The notes beneath the pieces were generated by a model, which was not told the DNA's origin, ran no database searches, and was given only the letters and a program-made list of their open reading frames with translations. This document shows, one piece after another, positions 27,162 to 37,484 of a stretch of DNA of 45,005 nt; within the stretch, counting starts at the first letter, position 1, and each line of letters begins with the position of its first letter. The stretch comes from a virus (Duplodnaviria > Caudoviricetes): positions 1 to 45,005 of IMG/VR virus record IMGVR_UViG_3300011335_000151, one strand, 5' to 3'. A program made the translations under genes and the position numbers.

Positions 27162-28691
27162 ATGATGGACATGCAGGCTGCTCCGCCAACATACGCAGAA
27201 ATGGACACTGGGCGACCCCCAGTAGGTAACCCTCCCCAGCTTGGGCAGCAGGTTCCGGGTATGTCTGGTGGCCTGCCTTCGCAGGGTGGTCTGTCCGTTC
27301 TTGCTAATCCAATGGCCCAGCAGCTTCAGAGCTTCGGTCGTGGCGACGACTCCATGCTCGTGCACATGACACCGGGTGAAGTTAACAGCCTCCAAGGTCT
27401 GGCTATGGCCACAGGCGGCTCCCTCACCATCAACCCAAACACTGGCCTCCCCGAAGCTGGCTGGCTCGGTAAACTCCTCCCAACGATCCTTGGCGCTATT
27501 GCTACGCCGCTTACTGGTGGGTTGATTAACCCTCTTACGGCCAGCGCTTTGATTGGTGCGGGTACGGGTATTGCCACAGGCAACCTTAAGAAAGGTTTGA
27601 TGGCTGGCCTCCAAGCTTATGGCGGCGCGGCTCTCGGTTCTGCGGCTGGCCTCAATGCAGGTTCGTTTGGTATCGGTCAGGCGGCAAATGCTGCTAAGGC
27701 GGTTACGCCCGCACTTACAAATGCCACTTCTGTTGTACCAGCAGCTACGCGAGATGCTGTTACTTTTGGTTCTCAGGTCGGTGCCCCTGCTGGTCTTAAG
27801 GTTGCATCATTTGCTCCCGGTGCTTCGGGTACGGGGCTTACCGCTGCTGTGAATACTGCGGCTAGCGCTCCTACCGCTGCCGCTCCCGGTTTCTTTGGTA
27901 AGTTTGCTAATGCTGCTCGTGCTGGTCTACCTGCGGGTACTCCGGGCATCATTGCTAAGAACGCCCCGATGATTGCCGGTCTTGGAGTACTTAGCGGTGT
28001 CAGTAACGTTATGACCCCCTCAATGGGCAGCATGGGTTCGGATGGCGTGGTAGATAACTCTTATGCTGGGCCATATACGGCGCAGAAGCGCACGCCGAGC
28101 TTTGCTAAGGACACCAGCGAAATCCTAGACTCGTCCAAGGAGCGCCGCTACTTCGACGTTGACATGCCTGAAGTTTACAACATGCAGGGGCAGATTGTGC
28201 AGCCGGGTTCCAGCACTGCGCCGGGCACGCCGATCCTTCAGAACGTACTTAATCCAAAAGCGAAGAAGGGCCAGAACCGCTACACCCCGACGTTCATGCC
28301 TTATATGGGCGTACAGGATGAAGGCTACGCCGATGGCGGTGAAGTCGAACTGGCCGATGGAGCCTTTGTGCTCGATGCCCGCACGGTGTCTGAGATTGGT
28401 AACGGTAGCAGCAACGCTGGCCTTGAAGCCCTTCGCCGTATTGGTGGCAGGCCAATCAAAGGCCCGGGCGATGGGGTCAGCGATAGCATCCCTGCTCGTA
28501 TTGGTCGTGACCAGCCTGCGCGTGTTGCGCGTGATGAAGCCATTATCCCTGCGGACGTTGTAAAGCGGATCGGTAAGGGTAACCAGAAGCGCGGTGCTGA
28601 TAAACTCTACGCACTTATGGATAAGGCCCACAAAGCCCGGAAGAAAGCCAAGCGTGGGCAGGATACTAAACTACGTCGGGGTCTCGCATGA
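27162..28691 (+). CDS. Putative internal virion (ejection) protein
   Basis: GRGDDSMLVHMTPGE, INPNTGLPE, G/A-rich hydrophobic segments, GPGDGVSDSIPA motif. Confidence 0.65.
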   Translation: MMDMQAAPPTYAEMDTGRPPVGNPPQLGQQVPGMSGGLPSQGGLSVLANPMAQQLQSFGRGDDSMLVHMTPGEVNSLQGLAMATGGSLTINPNTGLPEAGWLGKLLPTILGAIATPLTGGLINPLTASALIGAGTGIATGNLKKGLMAGLQAYGGAALGSAAGLNAGSFGIGQAANAAKAVTPALTNATSVVPAATRDAVTFGSQVGAPAGLKVASFAPGASGTGLTAAVNTAASAPTAAAPGFFGKFANAARAGLPAGTPGIIAKNAPMIAGLGVLSGVSNVMTPSMGSMGSDGVVDNSYAGPYTAQKRTPSFAKDTSEILDSSKERRYFDVDMPEVYNMQGQIVQPGSSTAPGTPILQNVLNPKAKKGQNRYTPTFMPYMGVQDEGYADGGEVELADGAFVLDARTVSEIGNGSSNAGLEALRRIGGRPIKGPGDGVSDSIPARIGRDQPARVARDEAIIPADVVKRIGKGNQKRGADKLYALMDKAHKARKKAKRGQDTKLRRGLA

Positions 28692-29131
28692 TTGAAGTAA
28701 GCCTAGTCCCTCCCGAACTGGTAAGAGGGCTTTGGCCCCGCGTGTTCCCCTACCTCAGCAGCGCTGCGGAATATACTTTCGGTCGCTACGAACCAGAGGA
28801 CATCGTTGAGTTCGTGCTCAGCGGCCAAGCGCATTTATGGATTGTTCTTGACGGAGACGATATTAAGGGTGTGACAATCACCCGTTTCTGGCAGTACCCA
28901 CGTAAGAATTGCCTCGATTTGGTCTTCCTTGCTGGTGATGATGGGTTTAGTTGGAAAGACGAAATGCTGTCCACGTTGCAAAATTGGGCACGTGATAGCG
29001 GATGTGATGTTATCGAAGCATCGGGCAGGGCAGGTCTTGCACGCGCTTTTAAAGATGACGGATATCGTGTATTGTGGCAAGTGTTTGAATTACCCGTAGC
29101 TGAAACGGGCTTTGGAGGTCAGAATGGCTAA
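28688..29131 (+). CDS. GNAT-like protein among internal virion genes
   Basis: Alpha/beta pattern with WARDSGC...GRAG; position equivalent to T7 gp13. Confidence 0.55.
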   Translation: MIEVSLVPPELVRGLWPRVFPYLSSAAEYTFGRYEPEDIVEFVLSGQAHLWIVLDGDDIKGVTITRFWQYPRKNCLDLVFLAGDDGFSWKDEMLSTLQNWARDSGCDVIEASGRAGLARAFKDDGYRVLWQVFELPVAETGFGGQNG

Positions 29132-30254
29132 GGGCGGCGGTAGCAATCAACCAGTCAAGCAAGAGGTAACCCAGTCTAATCTTCCCGAATACGCACGTCC
29201 GTATTTCGAAGGGCTGATGCAGCGGGCGGGTACTGAACTGACGAGGGGCTACACCCCCTACGGACAAGAGCGCATTGCCGGGTTCACCGACCAGCAGAAG
29301 AACCTACAGAACGAGATTATGGGTCAGAAGACCCCCGGTGAGTTTGGGCAGGCTGCGGGTCTCGCGGGTCTCGCTGGCCAGCGGTCGATGGACTTTGCCA
29401 ACTATGATACCGGCCAGTTTAACGCAGACCAAGTCCGCGCTGGGCCGCTCAACTATTTCCAGATGCAGGGTCCGGACAGCTTCACGCAGTCGGGTATGGC
29501 CCAGCAGTATATGTCGCCGTTTATGCAGGCAGCGTTGGAACCACAACGCCGTGAAGCCTTGCGCGCTGCGCAGCAGGGGCAGCTTGTTCAGGGTCTCGGT
29601 TCTGCCCGTCAGGGTGCTTATGGTGGTAGCCGCCAACTACTTGCTGGTATGGAGCGTGAGCGTAACCTCGGCCAGAACCTTGCTGATATCCAAGCACGTG
29701 GTATGCAGACTGCGTTCGAACAGGCACAAGGCCAGTTTAATACTGAACAGCAGGCACGGCAGGCAGCAGGACGTACCAACCTTGAAGCGGCCCTTGGCGT
29801 TCAGAGCCTTGGCTCGGAGCAGGGTATGCGCGCTGCATTGGCTAACCAACAGCAGAACCTCGAAGCGCAGCGCATGCGGGAGCAGTCACGCCAGTTTGGT
29901 TCGACGCAAGGTCTCGCGGCTCTTGCTCAGGCTGGCCAGATGGGCCAGACGCTTTCGAATATCGGTAGTGCACGTTCACAGGCCGACCAAGCTCGCTTCG
30001 GGTTGCAGACTCAGACGGCAGCACAGAAACAGGCGCTCCAACAGCAGTATCTCGATACTGCATACCAAGACTTCTTGCGCCAGCGTGATTTCCCAATGGA
30101 GCAGTTGCAGCAGTATAGCAGCCTGCTCCGTGGTGTCCCGATTACGCCGTCCTCGACGACATCTACCTATGGGCAGACACCGGGTATCGGCCAGCAGCTT
30201 CTTGGTACGGGCCTCGGCGCGGCCAGCATCTATAAGACTTTTGCGGGGGCATAA
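29124..30254 (+). CDS. Putative DNA ejection/pilot protein
   Basis: GGAGG RBS; LPEYARPY, YMSPF, GAYGGSR; Q/A-rich helices; Gly-rich hydrophobic C-terminus. Confidence 0.7.
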   Translation: MAKGGGSNQPVKQEVTQSNLPEYARPYFEGLMQRAGTELTRGYTPYGQERIAGFTDQQKNLQNEIMGQKTPGEFGQAAGLAGLAGQRSMDFANYDTGQFNADQVRAGPLNYFQMQGPDSFTQSGMAQQYMSPFMQAALEPQRREALRAAQQGQLVQGLGSARQGAYGGSRQLLAGMERERNLGQNLADIQARGMQTAFEQAQGQFNTEQQARQAAGRTNLEAALGVQSLGSEQGMRAALANQQQNLEAQRMREQSRQFGSTQGLAALAQAGQMGQTLSNIGSARSQADQARFGLQTQTAAQKQALQQQYLDTAYQDFLRQRDFPMEQLQQYSSLLRGVPITPSSTTSTYGQTPGIGQQLLGTGLGAASIYKTFAGA

Positions 30255-30256
30255 TC

Positions 30257-31636
30257 ATGGAAACTAAACCCTATAACCTTCAGTCCCCTGAGCAAATCGC
30301 CAAGGATTACGGTGGCAACAAGCAGAAGATTGCCGAAGCTATGCAGATGGGCATCCTTGACCCCACGGCTGGCACGATGGCTGGTATGTTTATTGACCGT
30401 ATGCGCCAAGCGGCGCAGCAGGAAGCTGCGCCACAACAGACTATAGCACAACAGACGTTTGCTCCCCCAGCGCCGCCTCAGATGCCGCAGGGTATGCCCC
30501 CAATGCCGCAAGGCGCTCCTGCCGGTCTTGGTGCTACGCCAGAAGCTGCTGCTATGCCTCCGATGGGTGCTGCGCCCCCTATGGGTATGCCTGCTCCGCA
30601 GGGTGAAATGCCGATGATGGCTATGGGCGGTATGGTTCCTCCCTATGCTTCGGGTGGTGGTCTTTCTGATATGCCGCTTCCTGATGGTATGTTCGACGAA
30701 CCCAGCAATGGTGGTTTTGGCGACGGCTATGCTGGCGGTGGTATTGTTGCGTTCCTTACAGGCGGAGAAGTTGAGGACAAGAACAAGGACCCCAACGACG
30801 TCAACGGCGACGGCGTGGTTAACGGAGAAGATATCTTGGTTACCGCGCAGAAAGACGACGAGGTCCTCACGCCGCTTATGAAGCGCGGCATGATGTTTGG
30901 TTCAGTCCCATCTGGTTATGGTGGGTTCGACGATACGCTGGGTGGCAACCTAGAAACCATCAACCAAGAAGCTCCCCGCGAGGTCAAGCGCGCCGAACAA
31001 TACCAAGCGTATCTCGACAAGATGCTTGACCCTGAAGAGCGTAAGAAAAGCAAGAAGGAAGACATGTGGCTGGCCCTTGGCCAGATCGGTGCGCGTATGG
31101 CGCAGACACCGGGTTCTCTACTTCAAGCTGCCGGTGCCGGTATTGGTGAAGCTCTGCCGGGTATCGCGGCTGCGGCCAAGGAACGCCGTGGCGAAGAGCG
31201 TGCTGTCATCAAGGATATGCTGGAGCAGGAGCGCACTGGCAACAAGGAAGTCATGGAACGCGCTAATGTGGCCTTGGATATGCTTAAGGGTTACAACGTC
31301 AACGAGCAGTCATTCCAAAACCAGCAGTTTAATAATCTGCTGACGCGCCTTGGCATCGACGCCGACATTATGAAGGCCAAGATTATGGCTGGGGCCGGTA
31401 TCCAAGAAGCGGTTATCGCTGGGTCTGCATCGCGTTATGGTTCCGACCGTCAGGTTGAAAGTGAGCGGTACCGTCTACAGGCGGGGGTAACCGAGGCAAT
31501 CCGGGAAGCCATTAGCAAAGGCGGCACTGATTACGGTGACTACATGAAGGCGCTTAAGGCGGGTAAGGGTACCCAGTACATTGCCAACTTGCGGGCTGCG
31601 TATAGTGGTGGGACTGTAGACTTAGGGTCTTACTAA
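30257..31636 (+). CDS. Putative internal virion (ejection) protein
   Basis: P/M-rich linker, several xAxGG motifs, EF-hand-like loop, helical C-terminal half. Confidence 0.62.
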   Translation: METKPYNLQSPEQIAKDYGGNKQKIAEAMQMGILDPTAGTMAGMFIDRMRQAAQQEAAPQQTIAQQTFAPPAPPQMPQGMPPMPQGAPAGLGATPEAAAMPPMGAAPPMGMPAPQGEMPMMAMGGMVPPYASGGGLSDMPLPDGMFDEPSNGGFGDGYAGGGIVAFLTGGEVEDKNKDPNDVNGDGVVNGEDILVTAQKDDEVLTPLMKRGMMFGSVPSGYGGFDDTLGGNLETINQEAPREVKRAEQYQAYLDKMLDPEERKKSKKEDMWLALGQIGARMAQTPGSLLQAAGAGIGEALPGIAAAAKERRGEERAVIKDMLEQERTGNKEVMERANVALDMLKGYNVNEQSFQNQQFNNLLTRLGIDADIMKAKIMAGAGIQEAVIAGSASRYGSDRQVESERYRLQAGVTEAIREAISKGGTDYGDYMKALKAGKGTQYIANLRAAYSGGTVDLGSY

Positions 31637-31676
31637 AGATACACATAAGGCTACTACTCCTAGGGAAGCTGCGTAT

Positions 31677-34600
31677 ATGCCAACTTACACAATGAAGGGT
31701 CCTGATGGCCGTGTATACCAGCTTCAGGCCGGAGATGACGTGTCCCGGGAGAAGGCGGAAGCGGAACTTCGTAGGCGTATCGGCGCGCAACTGGGGAAGC
31801 AGCCCAGTGCGACATCCGAACCCGAACCCAAACCCGAAACCCCTAAACCTGTGCCCGCCCCTGTGGCGGCTGCGCCGCTTGCGGGCACCCGTGAAACTGC
31901 ACCACTAAAAGAGGTTAAACCCGCAGGTATCTTTGACTATTTTACCGACCGGCAGGCGGCGATTAAGCAGGACCGCGAGAACCGCGCATACCTAGCAGAC
32001 CGGATGCAGCGGGCTTATTTGAAGGACATGGAGACCCAGACTGGGTTCTTTGACCGACTGGGGGACCTGTTCTCCCGTGGCCTGCTTAGTGCGCGTTCTG
32101 GGGTTAAGGATGTCCAAGCCGCCATAGAACAAGACCCAGAACTAAAAAAGCAATTCACCCAAGAGGCGCGCAAGTTCGCAGCCGATAAAGGTGTGGAGAT
32201 TAAGGGCGCTACGACTGAGGAAGATGTAAAGAAGAACTTCCTACGTAACGTCGTTCCATACATCATTGAAAAGGGGGCCGAAAGCCTTCCGCAAATGATT
32301 GCGTCCTTCAACCCTCTTGGGGTCGTTGGTGTAGCATTGCCCTCCAACCTTGGCGGTCAAGCCCGGGAAGCGGCAGAGTTACAGGGGCGTCAGGACGTAA
32401 GTGGTACGGACGTAGCCAAGGTTGCCCCCGGCGCACTGGCAGTTACTGCGCTCGATACTCTTGGTTTGGGTGGTATTCTTGCTGCACCTGCTAAGACAGC
32501 ACTTGGGCGTATTGGTAAGGCCGCGCTCCTTGAAGGCGGCACCGAAGCCATCCAGTCAGCCATTGAGTACGCCAACCCACGTGTGGTTACTGGGTCGGAT
32601 ATCGACGCAGGTGAAATGTTTGAGCAGGCTGCGTTTGGCGCGCTTGCTGGTGGTGGTATCGGTGGTGGTCTACGTGGTGTTGGCGAAGCTGTCGCGGCAC
32701 CGTTCCGTCCCAAAGCTGAAGCTACAGACGCAGACGTCACCATCAACGCCGCAGTCCGGCAGGAATTTGGGCGTCTTGTAACCGAAGAAGTTAATGCAGC
32801 TATGGCGGCAGACCCAGCACTTAGCAGGGATCAGGCTGTTAATGCCGTTATGGAACGCGCCGAAGAAATCTCCGCGCAGGCCACAGATAATATAGCTAAG
32901 CGCGCAGAAGCAGAGGTTGCCGCCGAAGGAGAGGCCGATGTCGTACCCGATGTTAATACCGGAATGGATGTCGCCGGAGGAGTTGGAGCAGGCGTTGCTC
33001 CTGATCTCGGAACCACACCGCCCGTACCCAGTGATACAGACCTTGGAGAGACTGTCGGAGGAGGACTGGAGCAGCCTGTTTCTGGCGTATCAGTTCCTGA
33101 TGTTAGCGCGGGAGCGGGAGTCAGTCCACTAACGGTTCCGCCTGCGCCAGTATTCGACATCACACCAATCATGGAAGCCCCTACACTGAAGGAGCGGACT
33201 TCGGCTGCCAAGCAGATTGCGTCTGAGATTGTCGCTACTACCCCTGAACTTCAAGGACTGCCCCCAGCCACGTATGGCTCAGCCGTCAACCAGATGGCGA
33301 GGAGCGCGGCGCGTGGCGAGCAGTTTGATCCTGTCGATGTTGTATATAATGTAGCAGGTATAGAGCGCCCCGCACCGGCCACGGTTGAAGAGACCGCTAC
33401 GGTTGAGGCTCCGCCCGCAGTGCGCACTGTGAACGACATGGCTGGCCTTGGTTCGGTTAACCCTGACAACACCAATGAAGTGTTGGTCGGAGGCGGTGGC
33501 CTTCAACTTACGCCCTTGGCGGATAATATCCTCAAGGTGGACAGCCTGCGCGCAGTCGAGACGGGTGGTGGCCGCAAGGCCATGGAGCAACTTACCGAAG
33601 TGGCGGACGCCAACGGCACCGAGCTTCAACTTAGCCCCGAGCCGTTTGCTGCTGAAGCGGGCAAAGAGATGACACCGACCGAGCTTAGCGAGTGGTATCG
33701 CGGGTTTGGCTTCCAAGAACAACCTGACGGCACCATGGTGCGTCCGGCCCCAACTGCTGCACCTTCTACTATCACGCCAGCGGCAGCGGCTACCCCACAG
33801 GAAATCCTAGCGGACCTCGATAGCTTTGCTATCTCCGAGGCCCAAGACCGTGACTTCGACCAAGACGCGTTCCTTGAAGGCGTAGATGACATCCGCAGTG
33901 GTCGTGAACCAATGGCGTACCCGGATGCGCTCAAAACCTATGGTTCTTCTGGTAAGTTTGAAATTAATGATCCGAACGCTGCTAGGGCTAGTTCACGTGT
34001 AGCAGGGGCACAATGGGCACAAGAGCGCGTCGCCGAAGCACAAGCTGCTGCTACGCCAGCACCCGTAGAGGTTGCTCCCGAGTTTACTCCCGCAGAAGTT
34101 GCTAGCCAAGCCGCGCCTGAAGGTGGTACCGAACCACTCACGGACGCCAATGTGGATGCAGCGGTCTCGGTTAAGTTGACCAAGGCGCAGATTAAACGGT
34201 TGGAAGAAGCTGCTGGTATCCAGCGCATGAAGCTCAACAACATGCAGAAGCGGATTGCGCGTAGCCGCAGCGCAGAAGAAACCATGAGCCTTGCTGGTAA
34301 GCTGATGCTTATGTCGCGGAACCCGGACGACAGCGTTAATATCCTCACCAGTCTGTTTAACAGCGTGCCGCCCCCAATCCTCCAAGGGTTGCTGGCTCCA
34401 CTGGAAACTGCTGATGTCGTACGCCTTGGTCAGCGCGCCGGGATGGAGAACGTCACCCGCATCGACAAAATGATGCGTGACGAATATATTCCCTACGTCA
34501 ATCGCATCATGCAGCGCGCATCGAAGCTGGCGGAGAAGTGGGCAGATTTCGCGTCTCGGTCGCCAGAAGGCGCTAACGCTATGAGCGACGTCATGTTCTT

Positions 34601-37451
34601 CTCCAACATGACCAACGCCGACCCGTCACTGGCTCCGACTGCTGCTGAGTATTTGAAGATTGACCCAGAGTTCCAAGCGCTACGCAAGGAACTTGGGAAC
34701 GAGACTGACGCCAAGAAAAAGAGCGCAATCCAAGGGCAGATTACCAAGCGTCGCGGTGAAATCCAACGGCTGTACTTTGGAGCCACTGACCCGGACGGTA
34801 CTAAAATCTCTGGCTGGAACGACGTGCCTCCGCAGGGCAAGCAGCTTTTCCGTGAAGCGCGAGACTATTACCGTGCCGATTTCCAAGAGCATTATCGCCT
34901 GTTAATCCAGCGGATTGACGACGCCCAGTTTGAAGAGGAGCAAGCAACGCGCCTTAAAGCAGCCGTGGACAAGATGTTCAAGGACGCGTCCGAGCGTGTT
35001 ATCTACTTCCCCTTGAAGCGCTTTGGTGACTACTGGGTCAGCGTCGGTAAGGGCAAATCCGGTGAGTTCCACATGTTCGAGTCCGCTTCCGAGCAGGACG
35101 CGTTCATTAACCAGCTACGCCGCGACGGAGAGTCCCGCGAGATCGACTTCAGCAAGGGTAAGGATACCTTGCGCCTTGGTATACGCAACCAGACAGCCGA
35201 CGCCAGCGCCGCGCTTAAGGGTATTCTCGACCTCATTGATGGGGGCGGGGTCAGCGACGTTGACCTGTTGAAGGACCACATCTTCCAGATGTACCTGTCG
35301 GCGCTACCCGAGGCAGACATGCGTCGGCGCTTTATCCATCGTCAGTTCAAGACTGGCTTCAGCACCGATACGTTGCGGACCTTTGCGTCTACGGCGATAG
35401 CTTCAGCTAATCAGCTTGGGCGTCTGGCGTATAACTATAAGTTCGACAACCTCATCGACCAGTCCTACGCTGAAACTTCGGGTAACCCTTCGAAGCGCCG
35501 CCTCGACACCATCACGAACGAAATTCGGATGCGTATCGAAGACACCATGTCGCCCGAGGCAGAAGGCTTCTGGCAGCAAGCGGCCAACTTCGGGGCTAAG
35601 GCTACCTTCCTCTTCATCCTGTCCAGCCCCAAGTCTGCGATCATGAACCTGACCCAGCTTCACATCGTGGGTCTCCCGACCCTGTCGGCTGAGTTCGGTG
35701 AGAAGGACACCTACGCCATGGCTGCGCGCTACACTGGGCAGATGCTCACTGGTCAGCGTATCGCTAACCCCTTCCGCAACGAAGATGGTGACGTACAACT
35801 CCAAACCCCTAACTTCACGACGGAGGGCAGCGCCTATATCCGTGGCCTGCGCGAGACGGACCCTGACAGGTACGAAGCTATCCAGAAGGCATGGGACTAC
35901 GCCCAACAGCGAGAAGTCACAGAAAGCACCTTCTCCTCTGCGGCGAATGTGTATGAGCGGAGTAACGAGCCATCTGGGGAGTTGAACTTCACACAGGCTG
36001 TGCGTCAGGGTGACGCGACGGCTGCTGTCCAGCGCGCAACTGCAAATGCTGTGAACGCCATGGGTGCGCTCTTCCACCACACTGAGCGCATTGGGCGTGA
36101 GGTCATGTATATGTCAGCCTTCGAGTTGGCGTACGACCGGAACCTCAAGAATGGAATGAAGTCCGATGCGGCTGCGGATGCGGCCATGGAGAAGGCGGCT
36201 GAGCTAACCAACAAGGGGATGTTCGACTTCTCCAACTGGAACAAGTCACGGGCTGCCAAGCACCCTGTGGGTAAGCTGGCGCTCCAAATGCGTTCGTACA
36301 GCATCGCCATGACGTCGCTGCTATTCCGTAGCTTCAGCAATATGGTTGCTCTCCAGCGTACCAAAGCCGAGCGGCTGGCTGCGGCTCGTGTGTTCTTCGG
36401 CGTTGGCGCTATGACGACGCTCTATGGCGGTCTTCGGGCTTCCCAGTTCTACCTGATGGCTATGCTGGGCTTCGGTCTCTATGAGTACGTGAAGTCGGCG
36501 TTTGGCGATGACGAGGAAGAGCAGGAAATCGAGCAGGGTTACCTCAACCCTGAGACCATCGACAAGGAGCTATTCAAGTACGCGGATGAGCAGGGTCGTG
36601 AGTTGACCAAGAAGGACATGGACTATTTCATCCGGACGGTTTGGATTCCTGAAACCCTCGGTGAGGGTGGCACCATGCAGACAGCCCTCGGTCTAAGCGA
36701 TGGAGTGGCCAAGAAGCTGGCTACTGCTTCGGACATGGGTATTCCCGGTATCTTTGGGGTGGACATCTCGAACTCTGTGGCACTCACCAGCCTGTGGCAC
36801 CCTGTCGATACCAAGTCCGACAATCCTGAGGCTGCGTTCTACGAAGGTTTGGGTCGCACCATCCTTGGTCCGTCTGCGTCGATGCCGTCCGCAATTATTA
36901 AGTTTAACGCGGAAGCAAATGCCGGAAACCTCGACAAGGCCATCGAGGCGATTACACCTGCTTTCCTACGTGGTTATGTCAAAGCGGAGCGCCTCAAAGA
37001 CGAGGGGCTTGTGATTGGCAAGGACCGGGATATTGTCCTTAAGGACCCCAGCTTCTACGATACCTACACGTTGGCGATGCAGTCGCTGGGCTTTGCAGAG
37101 GCCGAGACTTCGCGGAACATGCAGCTTGATATTGCAGCGGGTGAGATTGAAAGGTCTATATCGGAAGAACGGACTAAGCTGCTCGACCAGCGGTACCGTG
37201 CCGTGCTCAACACCATAAACAATCCGGGCGAAGAAGCGGAACGTGAACTGGCGAAAGTCGAGCGCGATATGGAAATCTACAGCCTCAACTACCCATCGAA
37301 CGCTATCACCGAAGACGCCAAGAAAAAGTCGTTCAAGGCGAAGAGCGTCGAAGCCGACGAGAAAATGTACGGCATGGGTATGGACGAGAAAATCCCAGTG
37401 CGTGAGCCACTGGCGGAAGAACGGACGGAGCGCTTCTTCGAGGGCCAATAA
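31677..37451 (+). CDS. Giant 1924-aa internal virion / polyvalent-type protein
   Basis: Last late gene; G/A-rich membrane-like segments, GNAT-like insert, YFPLKRFG motif, helical C-terminal region. Confidence 0.75.
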   Translation: MPTYTMKGPDGRVYQLQAGDDVSREKAEAELRRRIGAQLGKQPSATSEPEPKPETPKPVPAPVAAAPLAGTRETAPLKEVKPAGIFDYFTDRQAAIKQDRENRAYLADRMQRAYLKDMETQTGFFDRLGDLFSRGLLSARSGVKDVQAAIEQDPELKKQFTQEARKFAADKGVEIKGATTEEDVKKNFLRNVVPYIIEKGAESLPQMIASFNPLGVVGVALPSNLGGQAREAAELQGRQDVSGTDVAKVAPGALAVTALDTLGLGGILAAPAKTALGRIGKAALLEGGTEAIQSAIEYANPRVVTGSDIDAGEMFEQAAFGALAGGGIGGGLRGVGEAVAAPFRPKAEATDADVTINAAVRQEFGRLVTEEVNAAMAADPALSRDQAVNAVMERAEEISAQATDNIAKRAEAEVAAEGEADVVPDVNTGMDVAGGVGAGVAPDLGTTPPVPSDTDLGETVGGGLEQPVSGVSVPDVSAGAGVSPLTVPPAPVFDITPIMEAPTLKERTSAAKQIASEIVATTPELQGLPPATYGSAVNQMARSAARGEQFDPVDVVYNVAGIERPAPATVEETATVEAPPAVRTVNDMAGLGSVNPDNTNEVLVGGGGLQLTPLADNILKVDSLRAVETGGGRKAMEQLTEVADANGTELQLSPEPFAAEAGKEMTPTELSEWYRGFGFQEQPDGTMVRPAPTAAPSTITPAAAATPQEILADLDSFAISEAQDRDFDQDAFLEGVDDIRSGREPMAYPDALKTYGSSGKFEINDPNAARASSRVAGAQWAQERVAEAQAAATPAPVEVAPEFTPAEVASQAAPEGGTEPLTDANVDAAVSVKLTKAQIKRLEEAAGIQRMKLNNMQKRIARSRSAEETMSLAGKLMLMSRNPDDSVNILTSLFNSVPPPILQGLLAPLETADVVRLGQRAGMENVTRIDKMMRDEYIPYVNRIMQRASKLAEKWADFASRSPEGANAMSDVMFFSNMTNADPSLAPTAAEYLKIDPEFQALRKELGNETDAKKKSAIQGQITKRRGEIQRLYFGATDPDGTKISGWNDVPPQGKQLFREARDYYRADFQEHYRLLIQRIDDAQFEEEQATRLKAAVDKMFKDASERVIYFPLKRFGDYWVSVGKGKSGEFHMFESASEQDAFINQLRRDGESREIDFSKGKDTLRLGIRNQTADASAALKGILDLIDGGGVSDVDLLKDHIFQMYLSALPEADMRRRFIHRQFKTGFSTDTLRTFASTAIASANQLGRLAYNYKFDNLIDQSYAETSGNPSKRRLDTITNEIRMRIEDTMSPEAEGFWQQAANFGAKATFLFILSSPKSAIMNLTQLHIVGLPTLSAEFGEKDTYAMAARYTGQMLTGQRIANPFRNEDGDVQLQTPNFTTEGSAYIRGLRETDPDRYEAIQKAWDYAQQREVTESTFSSAANVYERSNEPSGELNFTQAVRQGDATAAVQRATANAVNAMGALFHHTERIGREVMYMSAFELAYDRNLKNGMKSDAAADAAMEKAAELTNKGMFDFSNWNKSRAAKHPVGKLALQMRSYSIAMTSLLFRSFSNMVALQRTKAERLAAARVFFGVGAMTTLYGGLRASQFYLMAMLGFGLYEYVKSAFGDDEEEQEIEQGYLNPETIDKELFKYADEQGRELTKKDMDYFIRTVWIPETLGEGGTMQTALGLSDGVAKKLATASDMGIPGIFGVDISNSVALTSLWHPVDTKSDNPEAAFYEGLGRTILGPSASMPSAIIKFNAEANAGNLDKAIEAITPAFLRGYVKAERLKDEGLVIGKDRDIVLKDPSFYDTYTLAMQSLGFAEAETSRNMQLDIAAGEIERSISEERTKLLDQRYRAVLNTINNPGEEAERELAKVERDMEIYSLNYPSNAITEDAKKKSFKAKSVEADEKMYGMGMDEKIPVREPLAEERTERFFEGQ
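32938..33132 (+). CDS. Overprinted 64-aa gene in the +1 frame of the giant gene
   Basis: AAGGAG 6 nt before ATG; helical protein-like sequence; host frame is a low-complexity linker enriched in GGA codons. Confidence 0.55.
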   Translation: MSYPMLIPEWMSPEELEQALLLISEPHRPYPVIQTLERLSEEDWSSLFLAYQFLMLARERESVH

Positions 37452-37484
37452 AAAGACCCCCGGCTGAGTGAGCAACCGGGGGTC
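37447..37484 (-). terminator. Rho-independent terminator, - strand (hairpin may also act on +)
   Basis: - strand GACCCCCGGTTG-CTCACT-CAGCCGGGGGTC then TTTTT; lies between convergent operons. Confidence 0.88.

Noticed and set aside
29275-30267. 330-aa alternative-frame ORF
   Set aside because: R/S-rich shadow of a Q/A-rich gene; no convincing RBS or protein-like pattern.
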